Position numbers and translations under genes: made by a program. Below the pieces are notes generated by a model. It saw nothing but the letters and a program-made list of their open reading frames with translations. It made no database searches and was not told where the DNA came from. Shown one piece after another: positions 26,778 to 37,158 of a stretch of DNA of 64,000 nucleotides. Each line of letters begins with the position of its first letter. Position 1 is the stretch's first letter. The stretch is from Bacteroidales bacterium (GTDB lineage Bacteria; Bacteroidota; Bacteroidia; Bacteroidales; Paludibacteraceae): contig JAAYPI010000009.1 of the NCBI GenBank assembly GCA_012519885.1, positions 10,163 to 74,162 on the forward strand, read 5' to 3'.

Positions 26778-27791
26778 ATGAATTTAACAGACAAAAAGTA
26801 CGCAAACTACGCACTGGTTCAAGAAATGATGGAGACAGTGAAGGTAGTACAAAAATTTAATGCCCAACAAACAAAAAATGTGGCATCAACCATTCAATCA
26901 GTAGGCAAATTATTTTTAACAGGAGAAGGTTCTAGCAGAATTTTTCCAGCCAAAAATGCCATTCGTAAATCTCTAACAAAAGGATTGCCAGTAAGCATAG
27001 CTACCGATGGTTCTCGTCAGTCGGCACAATATGATTTGAGTAAGTTTGCTGTGTTTTGTGCCTCTAATTCGGGCAGAACCAAAGAGGTTGTATTGTTGGC
27101 AAAACAATTAGCTGCTATTGGTAATGTCAACCGTTTTGCATTAAGTGCAAATAGCGGAACATTGTTAGAAGAAGTTTGTACCGAAACATTTGTACTTACT
27201 TGTGGCTGGGAACAAGCTGTAGCTGCAACCAAAAGTGTAGTAGAACAAGCGTTGTTTTATGAGTCAATTTTGTGGCATATCGAACAAACAGGTACTCCAA
27301 ACTTAGCTGATTTAGCTGCAAAAATTGAACAAGCATTAACGTTTACAATTGATTCATCTATTGTGCAAGCTGCGGCAAAAGCACCTACTATCTATTTTGC
27401 TGGTTATAACGATGGTGTAGCCGAAGAACTAACATTAAAAACCAATGAAATTACACGTAAGAAATCCGATTTCCTTGAAGGTACCTATGCTGTACACGGT
27501 ATTGAAGAGGTAATGGAGGCTCAAGATGTGGTATTTTTAATTGACCCAATAGAAGAAGAAATTCAAAAATTTCAAGAAGTATTAGAACAAGGAGTAGGCT
27601 TAAAAATAATTGCAATTGCATCAAGACCTACACCTTTTACTACTATTTTAGTACCAGATGCAGGAGCCTTGTCTCCTTATGTTTATTTGTGTGCTGGTTG
27701 GAATTTATTGGTAGAAATTGGGCTTGCTTTAGGCATTGATTTGGATAAACCAGAACGTGCTCGTAAAGTAGGAAATGAGTTGATTGTGTAA
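26778..27791 (+). CDS. SIS-domain sugar-phosphate isomerase/aminotransferase-like protein
   Basis: Two SIS-type blocks (LTGEGSSRIFPA and CASNSGRTKEVVLL). Confidence 0.7.
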   Translation: MNLTDKKYANYALVQEMMETVKVVQKFNAQQTKNVASTIQSVGKLFLTGEGSSRIFPAKNAIRKSLTKGLPVSIATDGSRQSAQYDLSKFAVFCASNSGRTKEVVLLAKQLAAIGNVNRFALSANSGTLLEEVCTETFVLTCGWEQAVAATKSVVEQALFYESILWHIEQTGTPNLADLAAKIEQALTFTIDSSIVQAAAKAPTIYFAGYNDGVAEELTLKTNEITRKKSDFLEGTYAVHGIEEVMEAQDVVFLIDPIEEEIQKFQEVLEQGVGLKIIAIASRPTPFTTILVPDAGALSPYVYLCAGWNLLVEIGLALGIDLDKPERARKVGNELIV

Positions 27792-27809
27792 GATATGTTA
27801 TATACTGAA

Positions 27810-27846
27810 ATAGGGGTATGTCGATACGTAATACCTCTATTTTTTT
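27810..27846 (+). terminator. Terminator after the SIS gene
   Basis: ATAGGGGTAT (27810..27819) pairs with ATACCTCTAT (27831..27840) with one GU pair, followed by T6. Confidence 0.7.
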
Positions 27847-27924
27847 GTTTTTTGAGGGTAAGCTTTATTCTATAAACAAAAAATCGGTTTAAGCTTGTTG
27901 ATTATTCTGATGATATAAAATGAC

Positions 27925-28884
27925 TTATGATTTATGAATTCCCAAATAATAGTGTATAAAGCCCATTACCTCCATACTTAATGCAATAGCAATATGTATA
28001 ATGACGCCACCCCAAATATGTCGTGTTTGGTAAGCTAAAACTCCCAATATATATCCTCCAAATATCGAAGAAATTGTTTCGCCTATAGGTTTCCCAAAAT
28101 GCAACACACAGTACATAGCCACCATTGGTAATATAGCATGTCTACCTAAAATACTTGCCATGCCAATAATTAATGCACCTCTCATAACTAACTCGGTAAT
28201 GACATAAAATGAGGCATACACACTTTCAAAGATTATGGTATGTTGCCAGTTCTCCCAATGAAATATACCTTCGTACCACCAGTAACGATAGATGGGATAT
28301 GCACGCATAAAATCTGGTGTAAAAGAAATCCATACCAAAAATGGCAAAAGGAATAAGAATAAACTCATATAAGCAGCTATGTGTTTATTCGAAATGGTTA
28401 ATCCATACAATCCTTTTTCTTTTCTATCCCATAAATATTTAGCAATAATAAGCAATGGTAGTGTGGTAATATTAGCTTTGAAGAAGAAAATTAGTCGAAT
28501 TAGAAAATGGTTTTCTAAATACGTAAAGCTTTCAATTTTTAAATCCTGATAGGTGAAATTTCCTACCACTACAGCAAAGCTTACAATAAAAAAGATTGCT
28601 TTTACGTAATATAAAGGTTGTGTTAAAATAGCAGTTTGTTTACGTATAATTAGTACAGGAATGGATACCATAAAGTAAGCAGCCATATAAAATATGCTAA
28701 AATAGAGCATAGACCAACCCGAAGAATAGCTTGGTACCAAAAAGGTGTCATACAAATTATAGGTATAATTAACATAAATACAGATACCACAAAATGTCAA
28801 TGTATAAAGATATGACACAGCGTCAAAGTCTGATTTAATAAAAGAAATAACTTCACGTAGAAGAGCTTTAATTTTTTGTATCAT
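27925..28884 (-). CDS. Polytopic membrane protein, probably a CPBP (CAAX/Abi) intramembrane protease
   Basis: About 8 TM helices, with motifs TELVMRGAL and HFGKP...HIWGGVIIHIAIAL resembling CPBP motifs. Confidence 0.5.
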   Translation of the reverse strand: MIQKIKALLREVISFIKSDFDAVSYLYTLTFCGICIYVNYTYNLYDTFLVPSYSSGWSMLYFSIFYMAAYFMVSIPVLIIRKQTAILTQPLYYVKAIFFIVSFAVVVGNFTYQDLKIESFTYLENHFLIRLIFFFKANITTLPLLIIAKYLWDRKEKGLYGLTISNKHIAAYMSLFLFLLPFLVWISFTPDFMRAYPIYRYWWYEGIFHWENWQHTIIFESVYASFYVITELVMRGALIIGMASILGRHAILPMVAMYCVLHFGKPIGETISSIFGGYILGVLAYQTRHIWGGVIIHIAIALSMEVMGFIHYYLGIHKS

Positions 28885-28947
28885 TCAGGCTAAGGTCAAT
28901 TCATTTTAAAAGTTTGTCAAAAGTACAAAAAAGTGTAAATTATTTGC

Positions 28948-28955
28948 TACTTTTG
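28948..28955 (+). promoter_or_regulatory. -7 box TACTTTTG for guaA
   Basis: TAnnTTTG 22 nt upstream of ATG 28977. Confidence 0.5.
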
Positions 28956-28976
28956 TGGGCAAAATTGTAAAAACTT

Positions 28977-30500
28977 ATGATAGCAGAAAAAATCCTTATT
29001 CTTGATTTTGGTTCACAAACCACTCAATTGATTGCACGCAGGGTGCGCGAATTAAATACGTATTGTGAGATTGTGCCTTATAATAAATTCCCTGTTGGCG
29101 ATACCAATATCAAAGGCGTTATTTTGTCAGGAAGTCCTTTTTCAGTATATGACCAGGCTGCATTTAAAACAGATTTATCGCTTTTTAGAGGACAATTGCC
29201 CGTTTTAGGTATTTGTTATGGAGCCCAGTTTATTGCACAACAATCAGGCGGTAAAGTGCAACCTGCAAATAGTAGAGAGTACGGAAGAGCAAAGTTTTCT
29301 GTCTGTCAATCAAATAATCCGTTATTAAAAGGTATTCAAGAAAAATCGCAAGTATGGATGTCGCACGGTGATACAATTACAGATATTCCTGCCAATTTCT
29401 CAATTATAGCAAGTACACACGATGTAGAAATAGCTGCTTATGCCGTACAGGGAGAGCAAACGTGGGGTGTGCAATTCCACCCAGAGGTGTTTCATACTAC
29501 TGACGGAAGCAAATTGTTAGACAATTTTTTAAACATCTGTGGATGTAAAAAAGATTGGTCAGCTGCTTCTTTTATCGAAACTACTGTGGCAGAGTTAAAA
29601 GCACAATTGGGTGATGATAAAGTAGTTTTAGGTCTTTCGGGAGGTGTTGATAGTTCTGTAGCAGCGGTACTGTTAAACAAAGCCATTGGCAAAAACTTAA
29701 CGTGTATTTTTGTAGATCACGGTTTGTTGCGTAAAAATGAATTCGAAACAGTATTAGATGATTATGCTCATTTAGGTCTCAACGTAATTGGGGTAAATGT
29801 AAAAGACCGTTTTTATGCAAAATTAGCTGGTGTAACTGATCCAGAGCAAAAACGTAAAATAATTGGTAAAGAATTTATAGAGGTATTTGATGAAGAAGCT
29901 CATAAAATACAAGACGTAAAATGGTTGGCTCAAGGCACTATTTATCCTGACTGTATCGAGTCTCTTTCTATCACAGGCACAGTTATTAAATCGCACCATA
30001 ACGTAGGTGGGTTACCAGAGAAAATGAACTTGAAATTGTGCGAACCATTACGTTTACTTTTCAAAGATGAGGTGCGTAAAGTAGGTAATGAGCTAGGAAT
30101 GATGTCGCACCTTATTAAGCGTCAACCATTTCCAGGTCCTGGTTTGGCTGTACGTATATTAGGTGATATTACTGCCGAAAAAGTACGTATATTACAAGAA
30201 GCTGATGATATTTTTATCAAAGGATTGCGTGAATGGAATCTTTACGACCAAGTATGGCAAGCTGGTGTTATCTTATTGCCTGTGCAATCTGTTGGTGTAA
30301 TGGGTGATGAACGTACATACGAAAATGCGGTAGCCTTGCGTGCTGTAACATCTACTGATGCTATGACAGCCGATTGGGCACACTTGCCTTACGAGTTTTT
30401 AGGCAAAATGTCAAACGAAATCATCAATAAAGTAAAAGGAGTAAATAGAGTAGTGTATGATATTAGCTCCAAACCACCCGCAACTATTGAATGGGAGTAA
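28977..30500 (+). CDS. guaA: GMP synthase (glutamine-hydrolysing)
   Basis: GATase block GICYGAQ, PP-loop [12 protein letters not shown]-terminal ...KPPATIEWE. Confidence 0.95.
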   Translation: MIAEKILILDFGSQTTQLIARRVRELNTYCEIVPYNKFPVGDTNIKGVILSGSPFSVYDQAAFKTDLSLFRGQLPVLGICYGAQFIAQQSGGKVQPANSREYGRAKFSVCQSNNPLLKGIQEKSQVWMSHGDTITDIPANFSIIASTHDVEIAAYAVQGEQTWGVQFHPEVFHTTDGSKLLDNFLNICGCKKDWSAASFIETTVAELKAQLGDDKVVLGLSGGVDSSVAAVLLNKAIGKNLTCIFVDHGLLRKNEFETVLDDYAHLGLNVIGVNVKDRFYAKLAGVTDPEQKRKIIGKEFIEVFDEEAHKIQDVKWLAQGTIYPDCIESLSITGTVIKSHHNVGGLPEKMNLKLCEPLRLLFKDEVRKVGNELGMMSHLIKRQPFPGPGLAVRILGDITAEKVRILQEADDIFIKGLREWNLYDQVWQAGVILLPVQSVGVMGDERTYENAVALRAVTSTDAMTADWAHLPYEFLGKMSNEIINKVKGVNRVVYDISSKPPATIEWE

Positions 30501-30550
30501 TATAAGTTTAAAAAAAATTAAAAAAAGAACATTTCTTTGTTTTTTTTACA

Positions 30551-30558
30551 TAGCTTTG
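30551..30558 (+). promoter_or_regulatory. -7 box TAGCTTTG for the first DUF1573 gene
   Basis: It lies inside the track's N-terminal extension, 33 nt upstream of ATG 30591. Confidence 0.45.
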
Positions 30559-30590
30559 TGGCAGTAAATAATAACAAAAAATATACAACT

Positions 30591-31019
30591 ATGAAATCTA
30601 AACTTTTTATCATTGGCGTTTTAGTTAATCTTTTTATTGGTTTTGCAGGTATAGCCTATGCTCAACAAAGTGCAAATAATTCTAATTCAACCTCATCTGA
30701 GGTGTCGGCGATGGCGTTTGAAAAGACCGTTCATGATTTTGGAACTTTTAATGAGGCAGATGGTAAAGTTGAAACTGTATTTGTATTTAAAAATACAAGC
30801 AAAGAGAATCTTGTAGTTAGTAGAGTGCAAGCTTCTTGTGGATGTACTACTCCCGATTGGTCAAAAGAACCTATTGCCCCAGGAAAAAAAGGTTTTGTTA
30901 AAGCATCATACAATCCAGCTGGTCGACCTGGTAATTTTAACAAAAGTGTAACTGTAACGAGCAATCAAGGGACACAAGTTTTATATATCAAAGGACAAGT
31001 TGTGCCAAAAGCCAACTAA
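30591..31019 (+). CDS. DUF1573-domain secreted protein
   Basis: Signal peptide MKSKLFIIGVLVNLFIGFAGIAYA. DUF1573 signature HDFGTF...VFKNTSKENLVVSRVQASCGCTTPDWSKEPIAPG. Confidence 0.75.
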   Translation: MKSKLFIIGVLVNLFIGFAGIAYAQQSANNSNSTSSEVSAMAFEKTVHDFGTFNEADGKVETVFVFKNTSKENLVVSRVQASCGCTTPDWSKEPIAPGKKGFVKASYNPAGRPGNFNKSVTVTSNQGTQVLYIKGQVVPKAN

Positions 31020-31047
31020 GGAACAACAATATTTTTCAAATTTGTTT

Positions 31048-31084
31048 AACCCACATTGAATGCAGTGTGGGTTTTCATTTTTTT
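31048..31084 (+). terminator. Terminator after the first DUF1573 gene
   Basis: AACCCACATT (31048..31057) pairs with AGTGTGGGTT (31064..31073), followed by a T-rich tail. Confidence 0.65.
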
Positions 31085-31087
31085 ATG

Positions 31088-31095
31088 TACCTTTG
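31088..31095 (+). promoter_or_regulatory. -7 box TACCTTTG upstream of the second DUF1573 gene
   Basis: TAnnTTTG 93 nt upstream of ATG 31188. Confidence 0.35.
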
Positions 31096-31187
31096 TACCT
31101 ATATTATCACGTTCTATTTGTTTGCTGTACTATCCAATGGGCAATGCCTCCATTAAATATGCATAACATAGATAATAACCAATAAAT

Positions 31188-32240
31188 ATGAAATATTTTA
31201 CACTACTTTGTTTGACTTTTATCCTTATTTATGGCAAAGTATATGCTATTTCTTTTGATGCACTAACACACGACTTTGGAACAATATACGAAGAAAAAGG
31301 GACTGTGTCAACAACATTTTCTTTCAAAAATAAGTCAAATAAACTACTTGTTATTGAAAGAATTGTGCCAGCATGTGGTTGTAGTAATACTCATATTAGT
31401 AGTAGAAATCTAGCTGCTGGTGAGTCTGGTAATATTGTTGTTGAGTTTGATCCATCAGAAAGACCAGGAAATTTTGATAAAAGCATTTACGTTTATAGCA
31501 ATGACTCTACTGTGCGTTTGTCAATACAGGGAAAGGTAATACCAAGCAAACAAACCATAGCCAAAATGTATCCGTACCGTTTTCAATTTAGCCGTGCTGA
31601 TAAAAATACCTTGAGCTTTGGCACTATTCTTCACACACAGCAAAGTACTCAATATGTGAATTTTATAAATGACTCAGATAAACCTGTAAAACTGACTTTT
31701 TTACAACTCCCTCCATTTATTTCTACTGATTCATTATTTTATAATCTATTACCTGGTAATGAACAGATTATTCCTTTTCATATCTCAGTACTAGGACATA
31801 ATGTGTGGGGAGAAAAAAATGAAAAATTAGTTGTAGTTGAAAATGGCAAACCTTCAAATGCTATACAAATCAATGTAACAGTTAACGAGGATTTTTCTAT
31901 CTTATCCGCCAAAGAACGTTCTCGTATGCCAAAAATAAAGCTATCATCTAACGAAATTATTTTTGGTAAGACAAAACAACCAAGCATTGAAACAAAAGAG
32001 TTAACTATAACCAATATAGGTCATGGGCAATTACTTATACGAAAGATTGAACTAACTGACCCTGCTTTACGTGTTACCATTACTAAAACGAAACTAAATA
32101 GGAATAAACGTGCTCAGGTAAAAATATCGTTGTTGTCTGACAAATCATTGGGCGAAAAAGAACATATCTTTAACATTTTAACCAATGATCCAATACATCC
32201 AGTGCAAACCATTATTGTAAAGTCATCTATATATAAGTAA
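31188..32240 (+). CDS. DUF1573-domain protein (multi-domain, 350 aa)
   Basis: HDFGTIYEEKGTVSTTFSFKNKSNKLLVIERIVPACGCS, followed by further Ig-like repeats. Confidence 0.7.
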   Translation: MKYFTLLCLTFILIYGKVYAISFDALTHDFGTIYEEKGTVSTTFSFKNKSNKLLVIERIVPACGCSNTHISSRNLAAGESGNIVVEFDPSERPGNFDKSIYVYSNDSTVRLSIQGKVIPSKQTIAKMYPYRFQFSRADKNTLSFGTILHTQQSTQYVNFINDSDKPVKLTFLQLPPFISTDSLFYNLLPGNEQIIPFHISVLGHNVWGEKNEKLVVVENGKPSNAIQINVTVNEDFSILSAKERSRMPKIKLSSNEIIFGKTKQPSIETKELTITNIGHGQLLIRKIELTDPALRVTITKTKLNRNKRAQVKISLLSDKSLGEKEHIFNILTNDPIHPVQTIIVKSSIYK

Positions 32241-32244
32241 AGCC

Positions 32245-33339
32245 ATGAATCACATAGAAAACAATGAAGAATATGGAGGCTTGGTAGTAAACAAGGGAAT
32301 TGCTCAACCACCAACTGTAAATCCAAATTTGGCTAGTTCGCGAAAAAAACGTACTATTTACACAGCTAACGATTACCTAGATGGTATAATTAAGGGCAAC
32401 AGAACTATATTGAGTCAGGCTGTTACTTTAATAGAAAGTACAAAGCCGGAACACTATGCTATGGCTCAAGAGTTGATAGAAAAATGTTTGCCATATGCCA
32501 AAAAATCTGTGCGTATAGGTATTACAGGTGTGCCAGGAGCAGGGAAAAGTACATTTATCGAAGCATTGGGAATGTATGTCGTAAATCAGCACAAAAAATT
32601 GGCAGTATTAGCTATTGATCCAAGCAGTCAGCGAACTAAAGGAAGTATTTTGGGTGATAAAACGAGGATGGAAGAGTTGTCAGTACACGAAAATGCCTTT
32701 ATACGCCCTTCACCATCTGCTGGTTCTTTAGGCGGAGTAGCACGTAAAACGCGTGAAACCATCGTGTTGTGCGAAGCCGCTGGATTTGATACTATTTTTG
32801 TAGAAACAGTAGGTGTAGGACAATCTGAGATTGCTGTTCATTCTATGGTAGATTTCTTTTTGTTACTTCAAATTACGGGTGCTGGTGATGAGTTGCAAGG
32901 TATCAAACGTGGAATTATGGAAATGGCTGATGGAATAGTAATCAACAAAGCGGATGGGGCAAATGTGGATAAAGCCGAAATGGCAAAAACACAATACAAA
33001 ACGGCACTGTCTTTGTTTCCAATGCACGAATCAGGATGGAAACCCCAGGTAGTAACCTGTTCCGCATTCTACAAAACAAATATTGATGCTATTTGGACGA
33101 TGTTGATGCAATATATTCAATTTACCCAACAATCAGGATATTTTGAAACAAAAAGGCATCAGCAAGCCAGTTACTGGATGTATGAAAGTATCAATCAAGA
33201 ATTAAGAAGTAGTTTTTATGCCCACTCAGAAGTGAATGCATTACTAAAAGAAATGGAGGTAAAAGTTACAAATGGAGAAATTAGCTCCTTTATTGCTGCC
33301 AAACGTTTACTTGATGTATATGACAAAATCCGGAAATAG
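32245..33339 (+). CDS. meaB: MeaB/ArgK-type G3E GTPase (methylmalonyl-CoA mutase-associated)
   Basis: P-loop GITGVPGAGKST, then ETVGVGQSE and INKADG motifs. Confidence 0.85.
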   Translation: MNHIENNEEYGGLVVNKGIAQPPTVNPNLASSRKKRTIYTANDYLDGIIKGNRTILSQAVTLIESTKPEHYAMAQELIEKCLPYAKKSVRIGITGVPGAGKSTFIEALGMYVVNQHKKLAVLAIDPSSQRTKGSILGDKTRMEELSVHENAFIRPSPSAGSLGGVARKTRETIVLCEAAGFDTIFVETVGVGQSEIAVHSMVDFFLLLQITGAGDELQGIKRGIMEMADGIVINKADGANVDKAEMAKTQYKTALSLFPMHESGWKPQVVTCSAFYKTNIDAIWTMLMQYIQFTQQSGYFETKRHQQASYWMYESINQELRSSFYAHSEVNALLKEMEVKVTNGEISSFIAAKRLLDVYDKIRK

Positions 33340-33357
33340 ACAAATACAACTTTCTTT

Positions 33358-33972
33358 GTGAAATCATTTGGTAATTATATTTTCATCCTTGTTATGTTGG
33401 TGGCTTGTTCTCAATATAAAAGTAAATCTATACTTCAAGGTACAATCACTGATAGTCGGTATAAAAAAGTATATTTATTGCAACAAATAACGCCTACATC
33501 ATGGGAAATGTTGGACTCTACTTCTATTGTTGATAATCATTTTATGTTTGCTGATTTACCTTCTGAATACAATCAACTATTTGTTCAGTTGGATAATACA
33601 ATCCCTTTTGTAGTATTTGTTGATAAGGGAACTATTGAGTTAGCTATACCAGCCCAAAATGTACATGAAACAAAGGTAAAAGGATCTTCTTTACATGATG
33701 AATACATGATGTTACAAGATAGTATTGATTTTTTATTGCATCAACGTTTGTTGTTTTATAAAGATGCTATTGTTGCACAAAATGATGGAAGACAGACAGA
33801 TGCAACAATACTTCAACAAAAATATATCCATAGCAAAAATAATGTATTTCATTTTCTTCAGAAACAAAAAGGAGCAAATCCTACTTCTGCTCCTTTGTTA
33901 TATATAATTAAAACATATAAACCGTATTTTACCGACACGGAATATCGAACATTATCTGCTTCTTTAGAGTAA
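33358..33972 (+). CDS. DUF4369-like lipoprotein with no thioredoxin domain attached
   Basis: A GTG start gives lipoprotein signal MKSFGNYIFILVMLVACS. N-terminal ILQGTITDSRYKKVYLL resembles the DUF4369 domain of TlpA-like proteins. Confidence 0.45.
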   Translation: MKSFGNYIFILVMLVACSQYKSKSILQGTITDSRYKKVYLLQQITPTSWEMLDSTSIVDNHFMFADLPSEYNQLFVQLDNTIPFVVFVDKGTIELAIPAQNVHETKVKGSSLHDEYMMLQDSIDFLLHQRLLFYKDAIVAQNDGRQTDATILQQKYIHSKNNVFHFLQKQKGANPTSAPLLYIIKTYKPYFTDTEYRTLSASLE

Positions 33973-33973
33973 T

Positions 33974-34453
33974 TTATTCTTTATCGGCAACTCCTTCAAC
34001 GGTAATTTGACGTTTGAATGTTTCACCTAGTGACATCAATGTTTCTGTGCTAGCTATTCCTTTTATACTTTGTAGTTTGTCATGAATAATGCTCAAAAAA
34101 TCACTATTATTGCGTGCATAAATTTTAATAAACATCGCATATTTTCCTGTTGTATAATGACATTCCACTACTTCTGGTATTTTTAGTAGTTCGTCAACTA
34201 CTTCTTTAAAGAAATTAGCATCTTTCAAAAATATTCCCATGTATGCACATGTATTGTAACCAATTTTGACTGGGTCAATTATAAATTCGGAACCTTTTAT
34301 TACACCTACTGAAATTAATTTTTGCACACGTTGGTGAATAGCCGCACCAGATACATTGCATTCACGAGCAACTTCTAAAAAAGGCGTGCGTGCATTTTTG
34401 GAAATTAATTGAAGGATTTTTTCGTCTAAACTGTCTAATTGATACTGTGCCAT
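33974..34453 (-). CDS. Lrp/AsnC-family transcriptional regulator
   Basis: HTH LDEKILQLISKNARTPFLEVARECNVSGAAIHQRVQKL plus a C-terminal RAM domain. Confidence 0.9.
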   Translation of the reverse strand: MAQYQLDSLDEKILQLISKNARTPFLEVARECNVSGAAIHQRVQKLISVGVIKGSEFIIDPVKIGYNTCAYMGIFLKDANFFKEVVDELLKIPEVVECHYTTGKYAMFIKIYARNNSDFLSIIHDKLQSIKGIASTETLMSLGETFKRQITVEGVADKE

Positions 34454-34478
34454 GCGTATTTTGCTTTTAAATTATATG

Positions 34479-34486
34479 CAAAAATA
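34479..34486 (-). promoter_or_regulatory. -7 box TATTTTTG for the Lrp/AsnC gene
   Basis: TAnnTTTG on the minus strand, 26 nt upstream of ATG 34453. Confidence 0.5.
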
Positions 34487-34659
34487 CTATTTTTATTTCA
34501 TATTACGTATTTTGTTATCATTTTTTAGTATTAAAATTATATATACCAATGGGTTACTTTTTTGTTGTCTATCTTACGATTTGTTACTCTAATTGAGTTG
34601 CTCGGCTTCAAACTTCCTAATCTTTTTTTAATTAATTGCATTTATTTTGGTAAAAAATG

Positions 34660-34667
34660 TATCTTTG
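34660..34667 (+). promoter_or_regulatory. -7 box TATCTTTG for the Crp/Fnr gene
   Basis: TAnnTTTG 34 nt upstream of ATG 34701. Confidence 0.5.
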
Positions 34668-34700
34668 TGCCTTGAAATATTGTTGTAAAGTATTATTTAT

Positions 34701-35402
34701 ATGGCAACTAAGCGTTTAAAGGAAATTAAACCTATTGAGGAGACCGCCGATATTTGGACACTGTTAAGCTCAGACCAAGCCCATTATTTGCAAAGTAACT
34801 TACAGGTTATAAGTGCCAAAAAAAATGAAGTAATTTATTCAGACGGTGAAATTCCTTCTCATTTATTTTGTCTTGTTAGTGGCAAGGTTAAAGTGTATAA
34901 ACAAGGCATAGGAGGACGTAATCAGATTGTCCGTGTTATAAAATCCAATGAATTATTTGGGTATAGGGCAATGTTTGCTCACGAAGCTTATGTAACCTGT
35001 GCTTCTGCTATTGAGCCTTGTGTTATTTATGCTATTCCAGAGGATGTTATTGTTTCTATTATAAAAAATAATGCTCAACTTGCGTTTGCCTTTATCCAAT
35101 TTTTAGCTGTTGATTTGGGAATTTCTGATTCAAGAACAGTAACCCTTACTCAAAAACATATTCGTGGTCGATTAGCAGAATCATTGCTGTTTTTACGTGA
35201 TAATTATGGCGTTGAATCTGATGGTATCACTCTATCTATTTATCTTTCTAGGGAGGATTTAGCAAGCTTGTCAAATATGACCACTTCCAATGCTATTCGA
35301 ACGTTATCGTTATTTTCAAACGAAGGAATGATTGTTGTAGAGGGTAGAAAAATTAAAATAGTAGATGTAGAGTCTCTTGTAAAAATCAGTAAATTTGGTT
35401 GA
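34701..35402 (+). CDS. Crp/Fnr-family transcriptional regulator
   Basis: cNMP-binding beta-roll (HLFCLVSGKVKVYK...LFGYRAMF) and a C-terminal HTH (SREDLASLSNMTTSNAIRTLS). Confidence 0.85.
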   Translation: MATKRLKEIKPIEETADIWTLLSSDQAHYLQSNLQVISAKKNEVIYSDGEIPSHLFCLVSGKVKVYKQGIGGRNQIVRVIKSNELFGYRAMFAHEAYVTCASAIEPCVIYAIPEDVIVSIIKNNAQLAFAFIQFLAVDLGISDSRTVTLTQKHIRGRLAESLLFLRDNYGVESDGITLSIYLSREDLASLSNMTTSNAIRTLSLFSNEGMIVVEGRKIKIVDVESLVKISKFG

Positions 35403-35403
35403 T

Positions 35404-37143
35404 TTATTCTTTTCGTAACGTAAAAACAAATTCTAATCCCCCTGTTTCGTGTGGTTTTGCTGAAATTCTACCCTGATGAAATGCAATAGCATTTTTAACA
35501 ATAGCTAAACCCAATCCTGTTCCTCCCATTTTACGAGAACGTCCTTTGTCAATACGATAAAAACGGTCAAAAATACGGGTTAAATGGTTTTCAGATACCC
35601 CCACTCCTGTGTCAGCATACGAAAAATAGTAGAAATCCTTGTCTGTTCGGTAACAATTAATGATAATACTAATGTCGTTGCCAGCATAATGTAGGCTATT
35701 ATCAATAAAATTTCTAAAGATGGAATATAGTAACGAATAGTTGCCCATTATTGTCATATTGTGCTTTAGAAACATTTCTACTCGAATGTTTTTTTGTTCT
35801 AACTCGAGCGAAACATCTTTTAGTACTCCTTCAATAATCTCATTTAATACAATTTTCTCTTTTTCAAATGTGTAAGAACCTTCGTCGAGTTTGTTGAGTA
35901 ACGAAATGTCTCGTAACAAATAGCTTAAACGAACAGCTTGAGCATGGCAACGTTGAATAAAAAAATCTTTTTTTTCTTGTTCCATGTCGGGATTTTCTAT
36001 CAATGTTTCCATAAAACCCTGAATACTACTAACAGGCGTTTTCAGTTCGTGAGAAATATTTTGTGTGAGTTGCTTTTTTATTAAGTTGTTTTGAACTTGT
36101 TTGGAGATGTCATTAATTGAAATCTCAAAGGTTTTATCTTGGAAAATAATACATCGAACGAGCAAGGTATAATCGTTTTTGTCTATTTCTACAATTTTGT
36201 CTGTTACCTCATTGGGATTATTTTGATTGTATTGGTTTTCATTTAAGAAACTAGTGATAGGGGAAAATTCGGCTAATGAAAAAATACTATCTGATGTGCT
36301 GATTTTTTTGTTTGAAATCAAATTAATGTATTGTATGAAATTTTCGTTTGCCAAAATTTCTTTTCTATCAAAAGTGTAAATCGCTAAGCCTTCTTGCGAT
36401 ATTTGAAGATGTTTAAAAAGTTTTTCTTTTTCTAACGATAAGGCATCTTTGGTGGCTGTAAGGTTTTTATATGTGTTTACGATAAAACTAGATATCTCTT
36501 TAAATTCTTTGTTTAAAAAAAGTAAATCGTCATCAAAATCTTCTTTGTTTTCCATTTTTAAAATTACCTTTTTGAGGTTTTTTACGGTATGCAATAGCTT
36601 ATTGCTTACAAAATAAAACGCTAAGCTTGATAAACTTAGTACAAAAAACATAAAGAATGAAGCCGTAAAATTACGAATCTTCCAAACGTCGCTTATAATA
36701 TATTCGTATGGAATTGAGGCTAAAATCGTGTGTGTATCATATTTTTTTCCATAAAAGAAGTAGGAGGATTTTGTTTGGTCGTAACGTACAACTAATGTAT
36801 GTTCTGGTGTGTTTTTTTCTGTAATCATTCCGAATGCACGTTCAGATACATTGTAAATAACCGAATCATTCATTGGTGTGGAATAAATACATTCGCCACT
36901 GGTATTATAAATAGAGATGTATACATCTTTTTTTTGCAATTCATCTACCAGTGCGTTGGGAATTTCAGTTTTTCTAGCAGTCTTTGTATTTAAATCAATT
37001 ATCTCGGTATAAAATTGTAATGTTTCTGTATAACGTGCCTTTACCATGTGTTTTTCGTATTGCACATTGATAATAAAAATAATAGCGGCAAAAAACACAA
37101 AAATACCAACGAATGATAATAATAGTTTTTTAAACAAAATCAT
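35404..37143 (-). CDS. Sensor histidine kinase
   Basis: N-terminal TM helix, sensor domain, second TM helix, H-box ISHELKTPVSSIQGF, and G-boxes DTGVGV and GGTGLGLAIVK. Confidence 0.9.
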   Translation of the reverse strand: MILFKKLLLSFVGIFVFFAAIIFIINVQYEKHMVKARYTETLQFYTEIIDLNTKTARKTEIPNALVDELQKKDVYISIYNTSGECIYSTPMNDSVIYNVSERAFGMITEKNTPEHTLVVRYDQTKSSYFFYGKKYDTHTILASIPYEYIISDVWKIRNFTASFFMFFVLSLSSLAFYFVSNKLLHTVKNLKKVILKMENKEDFDDDLLFLNKEFKEISSFIVNTYKNLTATKDALSLEKEKLFKHLQISQEGLAIYTFDRKEILANENFIQYINLISNKKISTSDSIFSLAEFSPITSFLNENQYNQNNPNEVTDKIVEIDKNDYTLLVRCIIFQDKTFEISINDISKQVQNNLIKKQLTQNISHELKTPVSSIQGFMETLIENPDMEQEKKDFFIQRCHAQAVRLSYLLRDISLLNKLDEGSYTFEKEKIVLNEIIEGVLKDVSLELEQKNIRVEMFLKHNMTIMGNYSLLYSIFRNFIDNSLHYAGNDISIIINCYRTDKDFYYFSYADTGVGVSENHLTRIFDRFYRIDKGRSRKMGGTGLGLAIVKNAIAFHQGRISAKPHETGGLEFVFTLRKE

Positions 37144-37158
37144 GGTTGTGGAGGCTTG

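Noticed and set aside
33970-33976. Convergent gene pairs have stop codons only 1-2 nt apart and no terminator between them (33972/33974, 35402/35404, 38895/38898)
   Set aside because: This is probably just tight packing in a compact genome. Any antisense interference is speculative and nothing in the sequence supports it.
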